From NCBI RefSeq assembly GCF_000186885.1, contig NC_014972.1:930001-962000 (forward strand): a DNA stretch of 32,000 bases. The letters run 5' to 3'. The translations under genes were made by a program, and so were the position numbers. Every line of letters starts with the position of its first letter. Positions within the stretch are counted from its first letter, which is position 1. Below the pieces are notes generated by a model that was given only the letters and a program-made list of their open reading frames with translations, was not told the DNA's origin and did no database searches. This DNA comes from Desulfobulbus propionicus DSM 2032 (lineage in GTDB: Bacteria > Desulfobacterota > Desulfobulbia > Desulfobulbales > Desulfobulbaceae). Below are positions 1-9,280 of the stretch, piece by piece.

Positions 1-344
1 ATCGCTTTCTCGAAATCCTCGCCCACGTAGAAACGGGCGATCAGCAGGCACTGGCCGGGCATGGAGGTGGAGTAGATGTACTCGACGCCGGGCAGTTCAT
101 AGAGCAACTTCTCCATGGGGACGGCCAAGCGCTGCTCGACTTCCTTGGCGGTGGCGCCGGGCATGGAGACCATCACGTCGATCATCGGTACCTTGATCTG
201 CGGCTCCTCCTCGCGCGGCAGCAGGGAAAGGGCCAGCAAGCCCAGCAGCAGCGAGGCGATCAACCCGATTGGGGTCAACTTGGAACCGACAAAGGCCGCG
301 GCCAGCCGTCCGGCAAAACCAGGATGGGTCGAGTTGCCGCTCAT
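1..344 (-). CDS. RND efflux transporter permease subunit, N-terminal ~114 codons (gene runs off the left edge)
   Basis: My own minus-strand translation from the ATG at 342-344 gives [97 protein letters not shown]... This is TM1 followed by the start of a periplasmic porter domain, as in RND pumps. The start overlaps the stop of the upstream adaptor gene (ATGA at 341-344). It is absent from the ORF track because it is open at the window edge. Confidence 0.8.
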   Translation of the reverse strand, partial: MSGNSTHPGFAGRLAAAFVGSKLTPIGLIASLLLGLLALSLLPREEEPQIKVPMIDVMVSMPGATAKEVEQRLAVPMEKLLYELPGVEYIYSTSMPGQCLLIARFYVGEDFEKA

Positions 345-1375
345 GGCTGAACCTGCAATGCCTGACCATGGACCAGCAGGCGGTTGTTGGTGGTGACCAC
401 GGTTTCGTCGGGCGCCAAGCCGGCGAGAATCTCGACCATGCCATCATGGCTGGCGCCAACCCTGACCAGACGGAGCTGGGCACGTGCGTTCTCGACCACG
501 AACACACGGTCCATCTGTCCGGACGGGACAAGGGCGCTGGCCGGCACCAGCAGGGATGGGGTTCTGGTGCCGGGCAGGAGAACTCGAGCGAACTGCCCGG
601 TGCGCAGGTCGGGATGGGCGGGCAAATCAATGATCACCGGGGCGGTCCGTGAATCCGGATCAGCCGCCGGCGCTACCTCGGCCACCGTGCCTTGGACCGT
701 CACCCCAGCCGCCGGAATCCTGACAGTGAGGACATCACCGGGCCGGATCTGCAGGACCAAACTTTCCGGAACCGCCGTGCGCACCTGTAGCAGGCGGTTG
801 TTTTCCAGCTGGAGAAGCGCGGTTCCGGGTGTGGCCAGATCGCCGCTGTGCGCATGCTTGCGGGTCACCACGCCGTCAAAGGGGGCGGTGAGGGTGGTGT
901 AGCCGAGCATGGTCTTGGCCTCGCGGTATCCGGCTTGGGCGATGTTGTACTGATCGGTCATCGCCTTGACCATGTCCGGCGTGGCGGCATTTTTTGCCAG
1001 CAGGTTCTGTTCCCGTTCCAGATTGCGGCGGGCCTGCGCCAGCTGGGCCTCCGCCTGGTTGAGCCGCGCGGTGATCTCCTCGGCGCTGATCGCCACCAAC
1101 AGTTCTCCAGCCTTGACCGTGGAGCCGAGCACCACCGGCATGCGGGTGATCACGCCGGTGATCTTGGCGGCGATGGAGGCACGCTCGGCCGCCTGCAGGG
1201 TCCCGGCCAGCTCGATGAGGGCCGCCACCTCGCCTGTCCGCACCTTGGTTACGGTCACCGGTACCGCGGGTGTTGCGGGTGGCGGCGCGCTCGCAGCCGA
1301 ACCGGGGACGAGGAACAGGATGGCGATGATCAGCGCAAGCAGGCGGATCTGCAAAGGAGGCATGACACGGGACAT
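341..1375 (-). CDS. Efflux RND periplasmic adaptor (membrane fusion protein, HlyD/AcrA family)
   Basis: 344-aa ORF. It has an N-terminal signal/anchor ([19 protein letters not shown]), a coiled-coil hairpin segment ([24 protein letters not shown]) and a beta-rich C-terminal half. It lies between an OMF gene (2-nt gap) and an RND gene (ATGA overlap). Confidence 0.85.
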   Translation of the reverse strand: MSRVMPPLQIRLLALIIAILFLVPGSAASAPPPATPAVPVTVTKVRTGEVAALIELAGTLQAAERASIAAKITGVITRMPVVLGSTVKAGELLVAISAEEITARLNQAEAQLAQARRNLEREQNLLAKNAATPDMVKAMTDQYNIAQAGYREAKTMLGYTTLTAPFDGVVTRKHAHSGDLATPGTALLQLENNRLLQVRTAVPESLVLQIRPGDVLTVRIPAAGVTVQGTVAEVAPAADPDSRTAPVIIDLPAHPDLRTGQFARVLLPGTRTPSLLVPASALVPSGQMDRVFVVENARAQLRLVRVGASHDGMVEILAGLAPDETVVTTNNRLLVHGQALQVQP

Positions 1376-1377
1376 GG

Positions 1378-2721
1378 TTATTTCCCCTGATTGAATTGGC
1401 TCAGGCCGACCGCGCGGCGGAGATCGGCTATGGCGATTGCATGGGCGGCGGTGGCCAAGGTATGGCTCAGGCGGGCATCGGTGAGACGGTTTTCGGTGTC
1501 GATCAGCTCCGAGGAAAGGACCACTCCTTCCTTGAAGCGCAGGCGGGACAAACGGGCGCTTTCCTCGGCTGATTCCACCATCTTGCCGGTGACCGCGAGC
1601 CGTTCGGTTTCCTGCTGCAGGGCGAGCGCCGCCTGCTCCACCTCCAGATTGAGGGCGAGTTCCAGCTTGTGTTGCTGCTCCTTGGCCTCGCGCAGTTGGG
1701 CATCAGCCCGTTCGGTGGCGGCGCTGGTCTGCCCGCCGTTGAATAGGGTGTAGTTGAGGCGGACGCCCGTGGTCCAGGAGTTGCCGGAACCGTCGTCCAA
1801 TTCCGTGCCCTTGTCGACCTGGTAGCTGCCAAAGGCATCGGCGGTGGGGTAATAGCCGGCGCGGGCTTGACGCGCCTGGGCCTCCCGAGCTTTGACCAGG
1901 GCGGCCATGGCGGTCAGTTCCGGGCGGTTGTGGGGATCGCGCTCCCCCGGAATCTCCTGGGCTGGTGTGGCGGAGGGGTCGAGGGTCACGGTCTCGCCCG
2001 TGAGCCCGAGCAGATGGAGAAAGCCTCGCTGGGCCAGACGCAATCCATGCCGTGCCTGGATCAGCTGCTCTTCGGCCCGCGCCCGTTGCACTTCGAGATT
2101 GAGTACCTCCTCTTTCAGCAGACTGCCCTCTTCGAAGCGTGCCTGGGCCACGGCCAGCGAAGCGGAGATGGCCTCCAGGGCGGATTGGCGCGATCGCACG
2201 CTTTCGCCGGCCTGGACAATGGTACAGAAGGCGCGTACCACCTCGAATTCCAGCCGGGAACGAACAGCGGTCCATTCCTGGGTTACCGCCCGGTTGCGTG
2301 CGTCGGCCGCCTCCAGGGCCGCCCGGTCGTGGCCCCCGTTATAGAGCCGGTACTGGATCGAGGCCTTGGTCTGCAGAGTATCGGTCGTGCCCGGATCGTT
2401 AAAATCGATCGTGTCGGAAAACATGCCCTGGTTGAGGATGTTGCCGAAAGAATACATCGGGTTGTTGGTCCGGCTGTATTCGGCGCTCAGATTCAACTGG
2501 GGATAAAAGGCGGCCCTGGCCGCCTTGATATCGGCATCGGCTGCCTTGATGCGTTCCAGCGCGGCCCGCGCATCGGGATTGTGCTCGACGGCAAAGATCA
2601 CCGCTTCGCGCACGGCCCAGCGAGCGGGGGGAGCGGTCTGGCCAGCGGCGGCCGGTCCAGGGGAGAGGGTGAACGTCAGCAGACAGGCGAGCAGCAGCGA
2701 TCTGTTGCAATGGAGTGGCAT
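1378..2721 (-). CDS. Outer-membrane efflux protein (TolC/OprM-type OMF)
   Basis: The ORF track gives 1378..2889. I prefer the ATG at 2719-2721, which yields the signal peptide MPLHCNRSLLLACLLTFTLSPGPAAAG. The protein has the two-repeat architecture typical of OMFs (…FYPQLNLSAEYSRTNNP… and …YYPTADAFGSYQVDKG…). It is the first gene of the OMF-MFP-RND operon. Confidence 0.8.
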   Translation of the reverse strand: MPLHCNRSLLLACLLTFTLSPGPAAAGQTAPPARWAVREAVIFAVEHNPDARAALERIKAADADIKAARAAFYPQLNLSAEYSRTNNPMYSFGNILNQGMFSDTIDFNDPGTTDTLQTKASIQYRLYNGGHDRAALEAADARNRAVTQEWTAVRSRLEFEVVRAFCTIVQAGESVRSRQSALEAISASLAVAQARFEEGSLLKEEVLNLEVQRARAEEQLIQARHGLRLAQRGFLHLLGLTGETVTLDPSATPAQEIPGERDPHNRPELTAMAALVKAREAQARQARAGYYPTADAFGSYQVDKGTELDDGSGNSWTTGVRLNYTLFNGGQTSAATERADAQLREAKEQQHKLELALNLEVEQAALALQQETERLAVTGKMVESAEESARLSRLRFKEGVVLSSELIDTENRLTDARLSHTLATAAHAIAIADLRRAVGLSQFNQGK

Positions 2722-2931
2722 GGGCGGTTTTTCCCGTGTGAAAGAGCGAGGTGATGGATATAGTTTTCCGCGCGATGAAAAGCGGACAAAGGGGAAGACG
2801 CGCTCGAGGCATGGTGGTTGCCCGAGACGTTTACCTCGGAAAATAGGGCGAAATCGTATCTTTTGCAATACCAATGCAGAGACGATCAACGGTTAGAGGA
2901 AGTGATCGAGCATTTGATCGGGAGACTATCA

Positions 2932-3444
2932 ATGACCATGAAGAAAAACATCAATCACATTGTTCTAGGCAGCGTTTTCGCGATGATGACGTTTATTGCC
3001 CAACCCTTGTGTTCCGCTGCGGAGCAGGCCGCTTCCCCGCCTGCCGAGGCCGTGCCCAAGGAGGAAGCCAGCAAATGGGATGCGGCCGGCCATGAGGTCA
3101 AGGAGGCCTCTGGCGCGGTGGCCGAGGCAACCAGGGACACGGCGGGAACCGCCTGGGAGGCCATGAAAACCGAGTCAGTGGACGTTTGGGAAAAGACCAG
3201 GGCCGGTTCTCGGGAACTGTTCGATACGGTGGGGGAAAAATCGAAAGAGGCCTGGCAGGTGACCAGGGAGGAATCCAAGGGGGTCTGGGAAAAGGGCAAG
3301 GCACTGATTCATGAGGCCACTGCTCCCCAACCGCCGGCAGCGGCGGATGCTCCGAGCCAGCCGACTGTTGGCGCGCCGTCCGCGCCTGGAGCTCCGGAGC
3401 AGACGGTTCCCCCCGCCACCTCTGTCCCGGAGCGGCAGCAGTAA
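2932..3444 (+). CDS. Small secreted protein with 11-residue amphipathic repeats and a Pro/Ala-rich tail (function unknown)
   Basis: The ORF track gives 2818..3444. I prefer the ATG at 2932, which is preceded by GGGAGA and gives a signal peptide MTMKKNINHIVLGSVFAMMTFIAQPLCSAA|EQ. Aromatic residues fall at W75, W86, F97, W108 and W119, spaced exactly 11 apart. The C-terminal stretch is APQPPAAADAPSQPTVGAPSAPGAPEQTVPPATSVP. Confidence 0.65.
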   Translation: MTMKKNINHIVLGSVFAMMTFIAQPLCSAAEQAASPPAEAVPKEEASKWDAAGHEVKEASGAVAEATRDTAGTAWEAMKTESVDVWEKTRAGSRELFDTVGEKSKEAWQVTREESKGVWEKGKALIHEATAPQPPAAADAPSQPTVGAPSAPGAPEQTVPPATSVPERQQ

Positions 3445-3461
3445 GCGTTGAAACCGTTCTG

Positions 3462-3493
3462 GCCGTGCACGGCAGGGGGCTGCCGTGCACGGC
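3462..3493. terminator. Perfect 14-bp stem hairpin between convergent genes
   Basis: GCCGTGCACGGCAG-GGGG-CTGCCGTGCACGGC lies in the 80-bp gap between the 3' ends of genes 2932..3444 (+) and 3525..4913 (-). Neither side has a clear U-tract, so its function as an intrinsic terminator is uncertain. Confidence 0.4.
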
Positions 3494-3524
3494 TCGCCCC
3501 GGAAGGGGGCACGCCGGTTGGTAC

Positions 3525-4913
3525 TCAGAGATCGAAGGATTCGTGCAGGCCGGGCATCTCCACCTTGGTGTCGGTCAGACGGCTGGCCAGGGCCTGCATG
3601 GCCTCCTGTTCGCCGTGGACGAGAAAGGTGCGCTCGGGGGAACCGGTGCGACCGTGCCAGGCGAGCAGTTCCCGCTGGTCGGCATGGGCGGAGAATCCGC
3701 CGATGGTGTAGATCTCGGCGTTGACCTCGACATCTTCCTGCAGGACCCGCACCACCTCCTCGCCCTCGATGATCCGTCGCGCCAGGGTGCCCTCGGCCGC
3801 ATACCCGACAAACACCACCGATGCTTCGCGCCGCCAGAGATTGTGCCGCAGGTGGTGACGGATGCGGCCGCCGGTGCACATCCCGGATCCGGCGATGATC
3901 ACCGCGCCTCGGACATGCTTGAGGGCCATGGATTCGGTGGTGTCGCGGATGATCTCCAGGCCTGGCAGCTCAAAGGGATCTTGACCGGCGGAAATGACCG
4001 CCCAGGTTTCTTCGTCAAAACATTCGCGATGCCGCCGGAAGATCTGGGTGGCGGAGATGGCCATGGGCGAATCGAGATACACCTGGAGATGGCGCGGCAG
4101 CCGTTGCTGCTCAATGCCCTCGCGCAGGTAGTAGAGCAGTTCCTGGGTGCGCTCCAGGGCGAAACTGGGGATCAGGACATTGCCGTTGCGGGCGATGGTG
4201 GTGTTGATCGCCTGAAAGAGTTCCTCGATCGAGGGTTCCAGGCGTTTGTGCAGCCGATCGCCGTAGGTGGATTCCATGATCACGGTGTCGGCCTGTGGCG
4301 GCGTGGCCGGATCAGGGAGGATGGCCCTGCCGTCGTAGCCGAGATCCCCGGAAAAAAGGACCCGCCGTTGGTGGGTCCCTTCGGTCAGCTCCAGGAGAAT
4401 GCAGGCTGAACCGAGGATGTGGCCGGCATCGTAGAAGGTGGTCCGGATGCCTGGGCAAAGGTCGTGGGGTTGATCAAAGGCGGCGATATCGACAAAGGCA
4501 TCCAGGGCATTGAGGGCATCCAGGGTGTTGTACAGCGGCTCGAACGTCGCTTCTCGGTTCCTCCGCTTGCTGGCCTTGTAGTTGCGGTAGCGGGCCTCCT
4601 CCTCTTGGATTCGGGCCGAGTCGAGCATCACCAGCCGGGCCAGTTCCCGGGTGGCCGCGGTGGTCAGCACCGTCCCGCGGAAACCAAGCCGGTGCAGCAG
4701 GGGGATGCGGCCGCAGTGGTCAAGATGGCCGTGGGTGAGCAGCAGGTAGTCGATCGAGGCGGGATCGAAGCCGAAATCGTTGCTGTTTTCCTCGTCCATT
4801 TCGCGGTTGCCCTGGTAGAGGCCGCAGTCGATTAAAATTCGTTTGTCCCGGCACTCGACCAGGTGGCAGGAACCGGTGACGTTGCGGGCGGCGCCGTGAA
4901 AGGTGATGCGCAT
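3525..4913 (-). CDS. MBL-fold beta-CASP family hydrolase (RNA-metabolising metallo-beta-lactamase, CPSF/RNase J-like)
   Basis: 462 aa. It carries the MBL motif HGHLDHCG (HxHxDH), then FYDAGHILGS, SGDLGY and a C-terminal GGFSAHADQRELL. The order and length of these motifs are typical of bacterial beta-CASP proteins. Confidence 0.85.
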   Translation of the reverse strand: MRITFHGAARNVTGSCHLVECRDKRILIDCGLYQGNREMDEENSNDFGFDPASIDYLLLTHGHLDHCGRIPLLHRLGFRGTVLTTAATRELARLVMLDSARIQEEEARYRNYKASKRRNREATFEPLYNTLDALNALDAFVDIAAFDQPHDLCPGIRTTFYDAGHILGSACILLELTEGTHQRRVLFSGDLGYDGRAILPDPATPPQADTVIMESTYGDRLHKRLEPSIEELFQAINTTIARNGNVLIPSFALERTQELLYYLREGIEQQRLPRHLQVYLDSPMAISATQIFRRHRECFDEETWAVISAGQDPFELPGLEIIRDTTESMALKHVRGAVIIAGSGMCTGGRIRHHLRHNLWRREASVVFVGYAAEGTLARRIIEGEEVVRVLQEDVEVNAEIYTIGGFSAHADQRELLAWHGRTGSPERTFLVHGEQEAMQALASRLTDTKVEMPGLHESFDL

Positions 4914-4946
4914 CTTTTCCTCCGGTGTGGATTCGGAATGGGATTG

Positions 4947-6026
4947 TTACCGGGTGCCTCGCAGAACGATGGTGACCCGGCGGTTCAGCTGACGACCTTC
5001 CTCGGTGGCATTGGAGGCCACCGGGTTGGCGTAGCCGTACCAGTAGAGCAGTATCCGGTCCTTCTTGATGGTGAATTTTTTCTGCAGATAACGTCGAACG
5101 CTTTCGGCCCGCCGCTGGGAGAGGCGGATATTGTAGGCCTCGCTGCCAAGGCTGTCGCAGAATCCCGACAGCACCACATAGACATGCGGATTGGCGACCA
5201 GCAGGCGGCCCAGCTGGTCGAGTTGGGCGTGATGCTCGGGGCGGATAAAGGCCTTGTCGAAATCAAAGAGGATATTGTTGAAACCATTGGCCTCGGTATC
5301 CATGTAGAGTTTGCCCAGGAGATGCTCAGGGTGGGTGTAGGCGGTGTCGAAATCGATCACCAGGGAACAGCTGTTGACCGCGGCGATGTCTTCTAGCAGT
5401 TTCCGCTCCTTGGCGTCGCGGGCGCTGGAAACGATGTTGAAACAAATATCGTATTTGCTGGCCAGCATCCGCGCCTCGGTCAGGGGTTGCGGTTCCAGGC
5501 CGGGATAGGTCATGTGTTTGCCGTCGGAAAAGAGGAAGATTTCGGTGCGGCCAGGCAGACCGAGCAGATGCTCCAGTTTCATCAGTCCGGTTTGGAGCAT
5601 CGGCGGACTCTGCGGCGTGATCGGCAGTTGTTCGATGGCGCTGGCGTAGTCCTGTTTGCGGTAATTCTGCAGGCGGTAATAGGGTTTGAAGGCGTAGGGC
5701 GAGGCGGGCAGCCACAGTTCCCCCTTCCAGTGGGGGTAGAGGCCGGCCTGCCAGTTGAGCGGGGGAAGCGAGGCGTTGCTTTCGCGCAGAATCTGCTTCT
5801 GCGCCTCGATCCGGGTCAGACCGGTGGTTTTGTACGGTACGTCCATGGCGGTGGACGGATCGTAAAAGATGAAGAAATTTTCGGCCATGCGGACATAGCG
5901 GCCATCCTGCGAGACCTGGGGGGTGGCGCCCGATTTGGGGGATGTCGCGGCGGCGGACAAGGGGCGCGCGGCAACCAGCAGCAACAAGAGGATAACGACA
6001 AGGGGCAGGGGGGAACGGTGATTCAT
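4947..6026 (-). CDS. OmpA/MotB-domain protein with a VWA-like N-terminal region
   Basis: I prefer the ATG at 6024-6026, which has AGGAG 8 nt upstream on the minus strand and gives a signal peptide MNHRSPLPLVVILLLLLVAARPLSAA. The C-terminal peptidoglycan-binding OmpA domain reads NILFDFDKAFIRPEH…LSGFCDSLGSEAYNIRLSQRRAESVRRYL…NRRVTIVL. The middle region carries VWA-like strand motifs (FIFYDPSTAMD, EIFLFSDGKH). Confidence 0.8.
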   Translation of the reverse strand: MNHRSPLPLVVILLLLLVAARPLSAAATSPKSGATPQVSQDGRYVRMAENFFIFYDPSTAMDVPYKTTGLTRIEAQKQILRESNASLPPLNWQAGLYPHWKGELWLPASPYAFKPYYRLQNYRKQDYASAIEQLPITPQSPPMLQTGLMKLEHLLGLPGRTEIFLFSDGKHMTYPGLEPQPLTEARMLASKYDICFNIVSSARDAKERKLLEDIAAVNSCSLVIDFDTAYTHPEHLLGKLYMDTEANGFNNILFDFDKAFIRPEHHAQLDQLGRLLVANPHVYVVLSGFCDSLGSEAYNIRLSQRRAESVRRYLQKKFTIKKDRILLYWYGYANPVASNATEEGRQLNRRVTIVLRGTR

Positions 6027-6156
6027 GGTGTCAGCTCCTGGGGTGGCCTGCATCGTGGCTGCATTCCCAACGGATGCGCGGATGGATGCGTTTCCCTGAG
6101 TATACCCGCCCCCCGGAGGCTGTCAAGGCAGGGGGGCGCGTGCCGCATGCGTTGTT

Positions 6157-6504
6157 TTAGCCCCTCTTTCGCGTCGGCACCTGTGGTGGGAGGACGATGA
6201 TGGTCTCGGTCAGGCCGGCAAACCGGCCCGCCTGGTACCACGGTGTCTGGTGCACCAGTTTGCGCACGCCGTTTTTTTCGGTAAAGTAGATGTTGGCCCG
6301 CTGTTCCTGCAAGAGTCGGCGGATGATGGCGTTGGCCGGTTCCGGATGGCAGGCAAACAAGCTGGTGCCGATCAGGCGCTCGCCCCCATCCTTGGCGAAC
6401 AGGTCCCTGGCCATTCGGTTCATGGCGATAATCGTTCCTTGGGTATCGCAAACGCTGACTGCGGCCGGATAGTGCTCCACCCAGTCAAAAGTTGTGGTGT
6501 GCAT
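6157..6504 (-). CDS. Single-domain PAS protein
   Basis: The ORF track gives 6157..6606, but the first 34 codons are P/G/A-rich junk that overlaps the upstream gene. I prefer the ATG at 6502-6504. The product MHTTTFDWVEHYPAAVSVCDTQGTIIAMNRMARDLFAKDGGERLIGTSLFACHPEP…NGVRKLVHQTPWY… has a PAS-fold pattern and about 115 aa. No SD sequence is visible. Confidence 0.6.
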   Translation of the reverse strand: MHTTTFDWVEHYPAAVSVCDTQGTIIAMNRMARDLFAKDGGERLIGTSLFACHPEPANAIIRRLLQEQRANIYFTEKNGVRKLVHQTPWYQAGRFAGLTETIIVLPPQVPTRKRG

Positions 6505-6536
6505 AAAAATGTGTGGGGCAAAAGGGGGGCCGCCGC

Positions 6537-7127
6537 TCAGAAGCGGCCTAGTTCCTCGGGGCCAAAGGGCAGCCAGTGGAAGAGATGCTGCTCCAGGGTG
6601 AGGCATTTGTTGAAGTTTTCTCGGATCAGCTCCCGCCGGTTGGGATTGTTTTTGCCATAATGCTCAAGGATATACTCCAGTCGCTCGTCAAGGTTGACCA
6701 CCACGTTGTGCCGCACCCGTTTGTCGGCGTAGTAGACGATCTCCCGGGCGGTGAAATGACCGTTCCGATACCGCAGGGGATCGTAGTCCCAGAGCAGTAC
6801 GTGTTGCTCGACGATGGCGGCGATTTCCGGATAGCCGTGCTGTCGGCAGATCTCGGCCCCGGCCTTGGCATGATCGCGGTCGCTGCCCAGGCAGGGGGTC
6901 TTGGCGATGTCGTGGAGCAAGGCGCCGCTGATCACGAGGTGTCGGTCCGCCTGGGGCCGATCCGGGGCCACGGCGGCCAACCCGGCCTGCAGTTGTTCGG
7001 CCAGCCGGGCCACCACCAGAGAGTGATGGCGGATATTGCCCAGCATGCCGTATTGGTCCATGAGCTGGATACAGTCAGCGAGCGAGGGCAGAACTGGGTT
7101 GGTCTGCACGGCGGGCAAGGGAAGCAC
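6537..7127 (-). CDS. HD/HDIG-domain metal-dependent phosphohydrolase
   Basis: It contains IRHHSLVVARLAE…GALLHDIAKTP…DHAKAGAEI, i.e. the H…HD…D signature. The ORF-track start at 7256 lies inside hemE. Candidate starts downstream of the hemE stop are GTG 7127, GTG 7109 and ATG 7061, so the start is uncertain. Confidence 0.75.
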   Translation of the reverse strand: MLPLPAVQTNPVLPSLADCIQLMDQYGMLGNIRHHSLVVARLAEQLQAGLAAVAPDRPQADRHLVISGALLHDIAKTPCLGSDRDHAKAGAEICRQHGYPEIAAIVEQHVLLWDYDPLRYRNGHFTAREIVYYADKRVRHNVVVNLDERLEYILEHYGKNNPNRRELIRENFNKCLTLEQHLFHWLPFGPEELGRF

Positions 7128-7137
7128 CGTGGCCGTT

Positions 7138-8163
7138 TTAGGGCTTGCCGCTGAAACGGTGGACGGCCTCGACCGCGATCCGCACCTGCTCGGGCGGAGT
7201 CTCCGGCAGGATACCGTGACCGAGGTTGAAAATGTAGCCCCGGGCGTCACGGGCATCGGTCAACATGGCGTGGATCCGCTCTTCCAGCCGTTCCTTGGGG
7301 AGAAAGAGGGCCAGCGGGTCAAGGTTGCCCTGGACCGCATGGCGGCCGGAGCGGGCCGCAGCCTCGCCAATGGGCAGGCGCCAGTCGAAGCCAAGCACGT
7401 CGGCGCCCACGGTGGTGGTCATTCGGGTCAGCGTGGCACCGTTATTGGCGAAATAGATGATCGGCACGTCGGTGGTCGCCCGCAGGTCGGTGATGATCGA
7501 GCGCACGTAGGGCAGGGCGAACTCCTCGTAATCGCAGGGGGCAAGGATGCCCACCCAGGAGTCGAACAACTGCAGGGCCTGGGCGCCGGCACGAGCCTGG
7601 GCCTGGAGGTAGGCACTGGTGCAGGCGGTGATCTTGGCCATCAGGTTGTGGTAGAGCCTAGGCTCCCGGAACATCATCTTTTTGGTGTTGAGGAACACCT
7701 TGGAGCTGCCGCCTTCGATCAGATAGGTGGCCAGGGTGAAGGGCGCACCGGCAAAACCGATCAGCGGCACCCGCAATTCGCGGCGCAGCAGGCGGATGGT
7801 TTCCAGGACAAAGGGAACCGCTTCTTCCGGCACGGGCACCACCAAGTCATCCACCGCCTTCTGGCTGCGTACCGGATCGGCAAAGATCGGTCCCCTCCCT
7901 TCGTGGAATTCAAGGGACAGGCGCATCGCCTCCATCGGAATGAGGATGTCGGAAAAGAGGATGGCTGCGTCAAAGCCAAAAAGGTCGACCGGCTGCAGGG
8001 TCACCTCGGTGGCCAGTTCCGGGGTCTTGCACAGTTCAAGGAAGCTGACCTGGCCGCGGACTTTCTGATATTGGGGCAGGTACCTGCCGGCCTGGCGCAT
8101 GAACCAGACCGGGGTGTAGGCGGTGCGTTCACCCCGGCAGGCTTGAAGAAAGGTGTCGTTCAT
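7138..8163 (-). CDS. hemE: Uroporphyrinogen decarboxylase
   Basis: I prefer the ATG at 8161-8163. The product begins [36 protein letters not shown]…, the classic HemE N-terminal signature (PVWxMRQAGR). It is 341 aa, the typical length, and has further conserved blocks (FDSW, NLGHGI). Confidence 0.95.
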   Translation of the reverse strand: MNDTFLQACRGERTAYTPVWFMRQAGRYLPQYQKVRGQVSFLELCKTPELATEVTLQPVDLFGFDAAILFSDILIPMEAMRLSLEFHEGRGPIFADPVRSQKAVDDLVVPVPEEAVPFVLETIRLLRRELRVPLIGFAGAPFTLATYLIEGGSSKVFLNTKKMMFREPRLYHNLMAKITACTSAYLQAQARAGAQALQLFDSWVGILAPCDYEEFALPYVRSIITDLRATTDVPIIYFANNGATLTRMTTTVGADVLGFDWRLPIGEAAARSGRHAVQGNLDPLALFLPKERLEERIHAMLTDARDARGYIFNLGHGILPETPPEQVRIAVEAVHRFSGKP

Positions 8164-8227
8164 TGCGGTGTGTTGAGCTTGGGGTTGCCGGCATCGGGCC
8201 GGTTGATTTGCCTCGGGCGGTGGGGGT

Positions 8228-9280
8228 TCATCGCCGCGGCTGGTAGGCGCAGAACGGCTCGCCAGCCAGATAATCGCCGGTGACCGCGTAGGCACGGGCC
8301 CGGCAGCCGCCGCAGACCTGGATGTACTCGCAGCGGCCGCAGTTATCCTTGTAGCCGGCAAAGTTGCGCAGATCAAGCATCAGTTGGGAGTTTTCCCAGA
8401 TGTCCTGAAAGGACTGGGTGCGCAGGTTGCCGGCTGCCAGGGGGAAATAGCTGCAGGGCAGGACGTTGCCGTCAACGTCGATCAGGCAGATCAGCTGTCC
8501 TGCCAGGCATCCCTTGGAACCGCCTGTGGAAAAGGAAAGGGTCCGCCGCTTGAACTGTTCGCCTTCAGCCTTGGAACGCTGGAGCACGATCCGGTAGTAC
8601 TGGGGGGCGCAGGTGGGCCGGACCAGCAGGTCCTGCTCTTCTTTTTCCATGTCGTAATGCCAGTTCAGGATCTTCTCGTATTCTTCCGCCGGGATCAGCT
8701 CTTCCATGATTTCCTCGCCGCGACCGGTGGGCACAATCATGAACAGGTACCAGGCGGTGGCGCCCAGGCTTTTCACCAAGTGGTAGATTTTGGGTGCTTC
8801 CGCCTTGTTGCGCTTGGTAAAGGACGAGTTGATCAGAAAATCGATCTGGTGCTCGTTGAACAGGCGAATGGCGTTCATCACCCCGGCAAAGGCGCCGGGC
8901 TGGTTGCGAAAATCGTCATGCACCTCGGCTGTGGAGCCGTCGAGGCTCAGCGAGACCATTCTGATACCGGATTGCTTGATGTCGCGGCAAGTCTCGGCGG
9001 TCACCAGCGAACCGTTGGTGGCCAGGCATATGCGCAGGCCCAGGCTGGTGCCGTGGGCGGCGATTTCAAACACATCCGGCCGCAGCAATGGTTCGCCGCC
9101 CGAGAGCACCACGACCGGGTTGGCATAGGCGTGGATCTCGTTCAGCACCCGCTTTGCCTCGGTCAGGCTGAAATCGGGGTGGCCGTCGATCTCCAGTTGG
9201 GAGGAAGAGCGGCAGTGGACACAACGGAGGTTGCAGCGGCGGGTGATTTCCCAGGCGATCCACTTGGGTGTGAATTCCAT
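8228..9280 (-). CDS. Radical SAM/SPASM-domain enzyme, NirJ/AhbC/AhbD-like (candidate haem-modifying enzyme)
   Basis: 350 aa. It has the CNLRCVHC (CxxxCxxC) cluster near the N-terminus, GGEPLLRPD, and FMIVPTGRG, which is characteristic of the NirJ/Ahb group. The Cys-rich C-terminal SPASM region reads [19 protein letters not shown]…[17 protein letters not shown]. It sits directly upstream of hemE on the same strand. Confidence 0.7.
   Translation of the reverse strand: MEFTPKWIAWEITRRCNLRCVHCRSSSQLEIDGHPDFSLTEAKRVLNEIHAYANPVVVLSGGEPLLRPDVFEIAAHGTSLGLRICLATNGSLVTAETCRDIKQSGIRMVSLSLDGSTAEVHDDFRNQPGAFAGVMNAIRLFNEHQIDFLINSSFTKRNKAEAPKIYHLVKSLGATAWYLFMIVPTGRGEEIMEELIPAEEYEKILNWHYDMEKEEQDLLVRPTCAPQYYRIVLQRSKAEGEQFKRRTLSFSTGGSKGCLAGQLICLIDVDGNVLPCSYFPLAAGNLRTQSFQDIWENSQLMLDLRNFAGYKDNCGRCEYIQVCGGCRARAYAVTGDYLAGEPFCAYQPRR

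Noticed and set aside
2722-2889. N-terminal extension of the OMF ORF (track start 2889), and similar 5' extensions of ORFs 2818, 6606, 7256, 8376, 9997, 16969, 20681, 23324 and 26704
   Set aside because: The extended regions overlap neighbouring genes or intergenic DNA and translate to non-protein-like sequence. Internal starts give proper signal peptides, conserved N-termini and SD sequences, so I used those.
3465-4409. 314-aa plus-strand ORF opposite the beta-CASP MBL gene, plus several 60-230-aa ORFs in 3098..3879
   Set aside because: The HxHxDH and beta-CASP motifs are on the minus strand. The alternatives are Arg/Pro/Gly-rich out-of-frame or antisense translations.
6107-6138. 8-bp GC stem (CGCCCCCC … GGGGGGCG) with a 16-nt loop between the PAS gene 3' end and the OmpA-like gene start
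   Set aside because: It could be a terminator or attenuator on the minus strand. However, it has no U-tract, the loop is long, and the flanking genes may be co-transcribed. The evidence is too weak to call it a feature.
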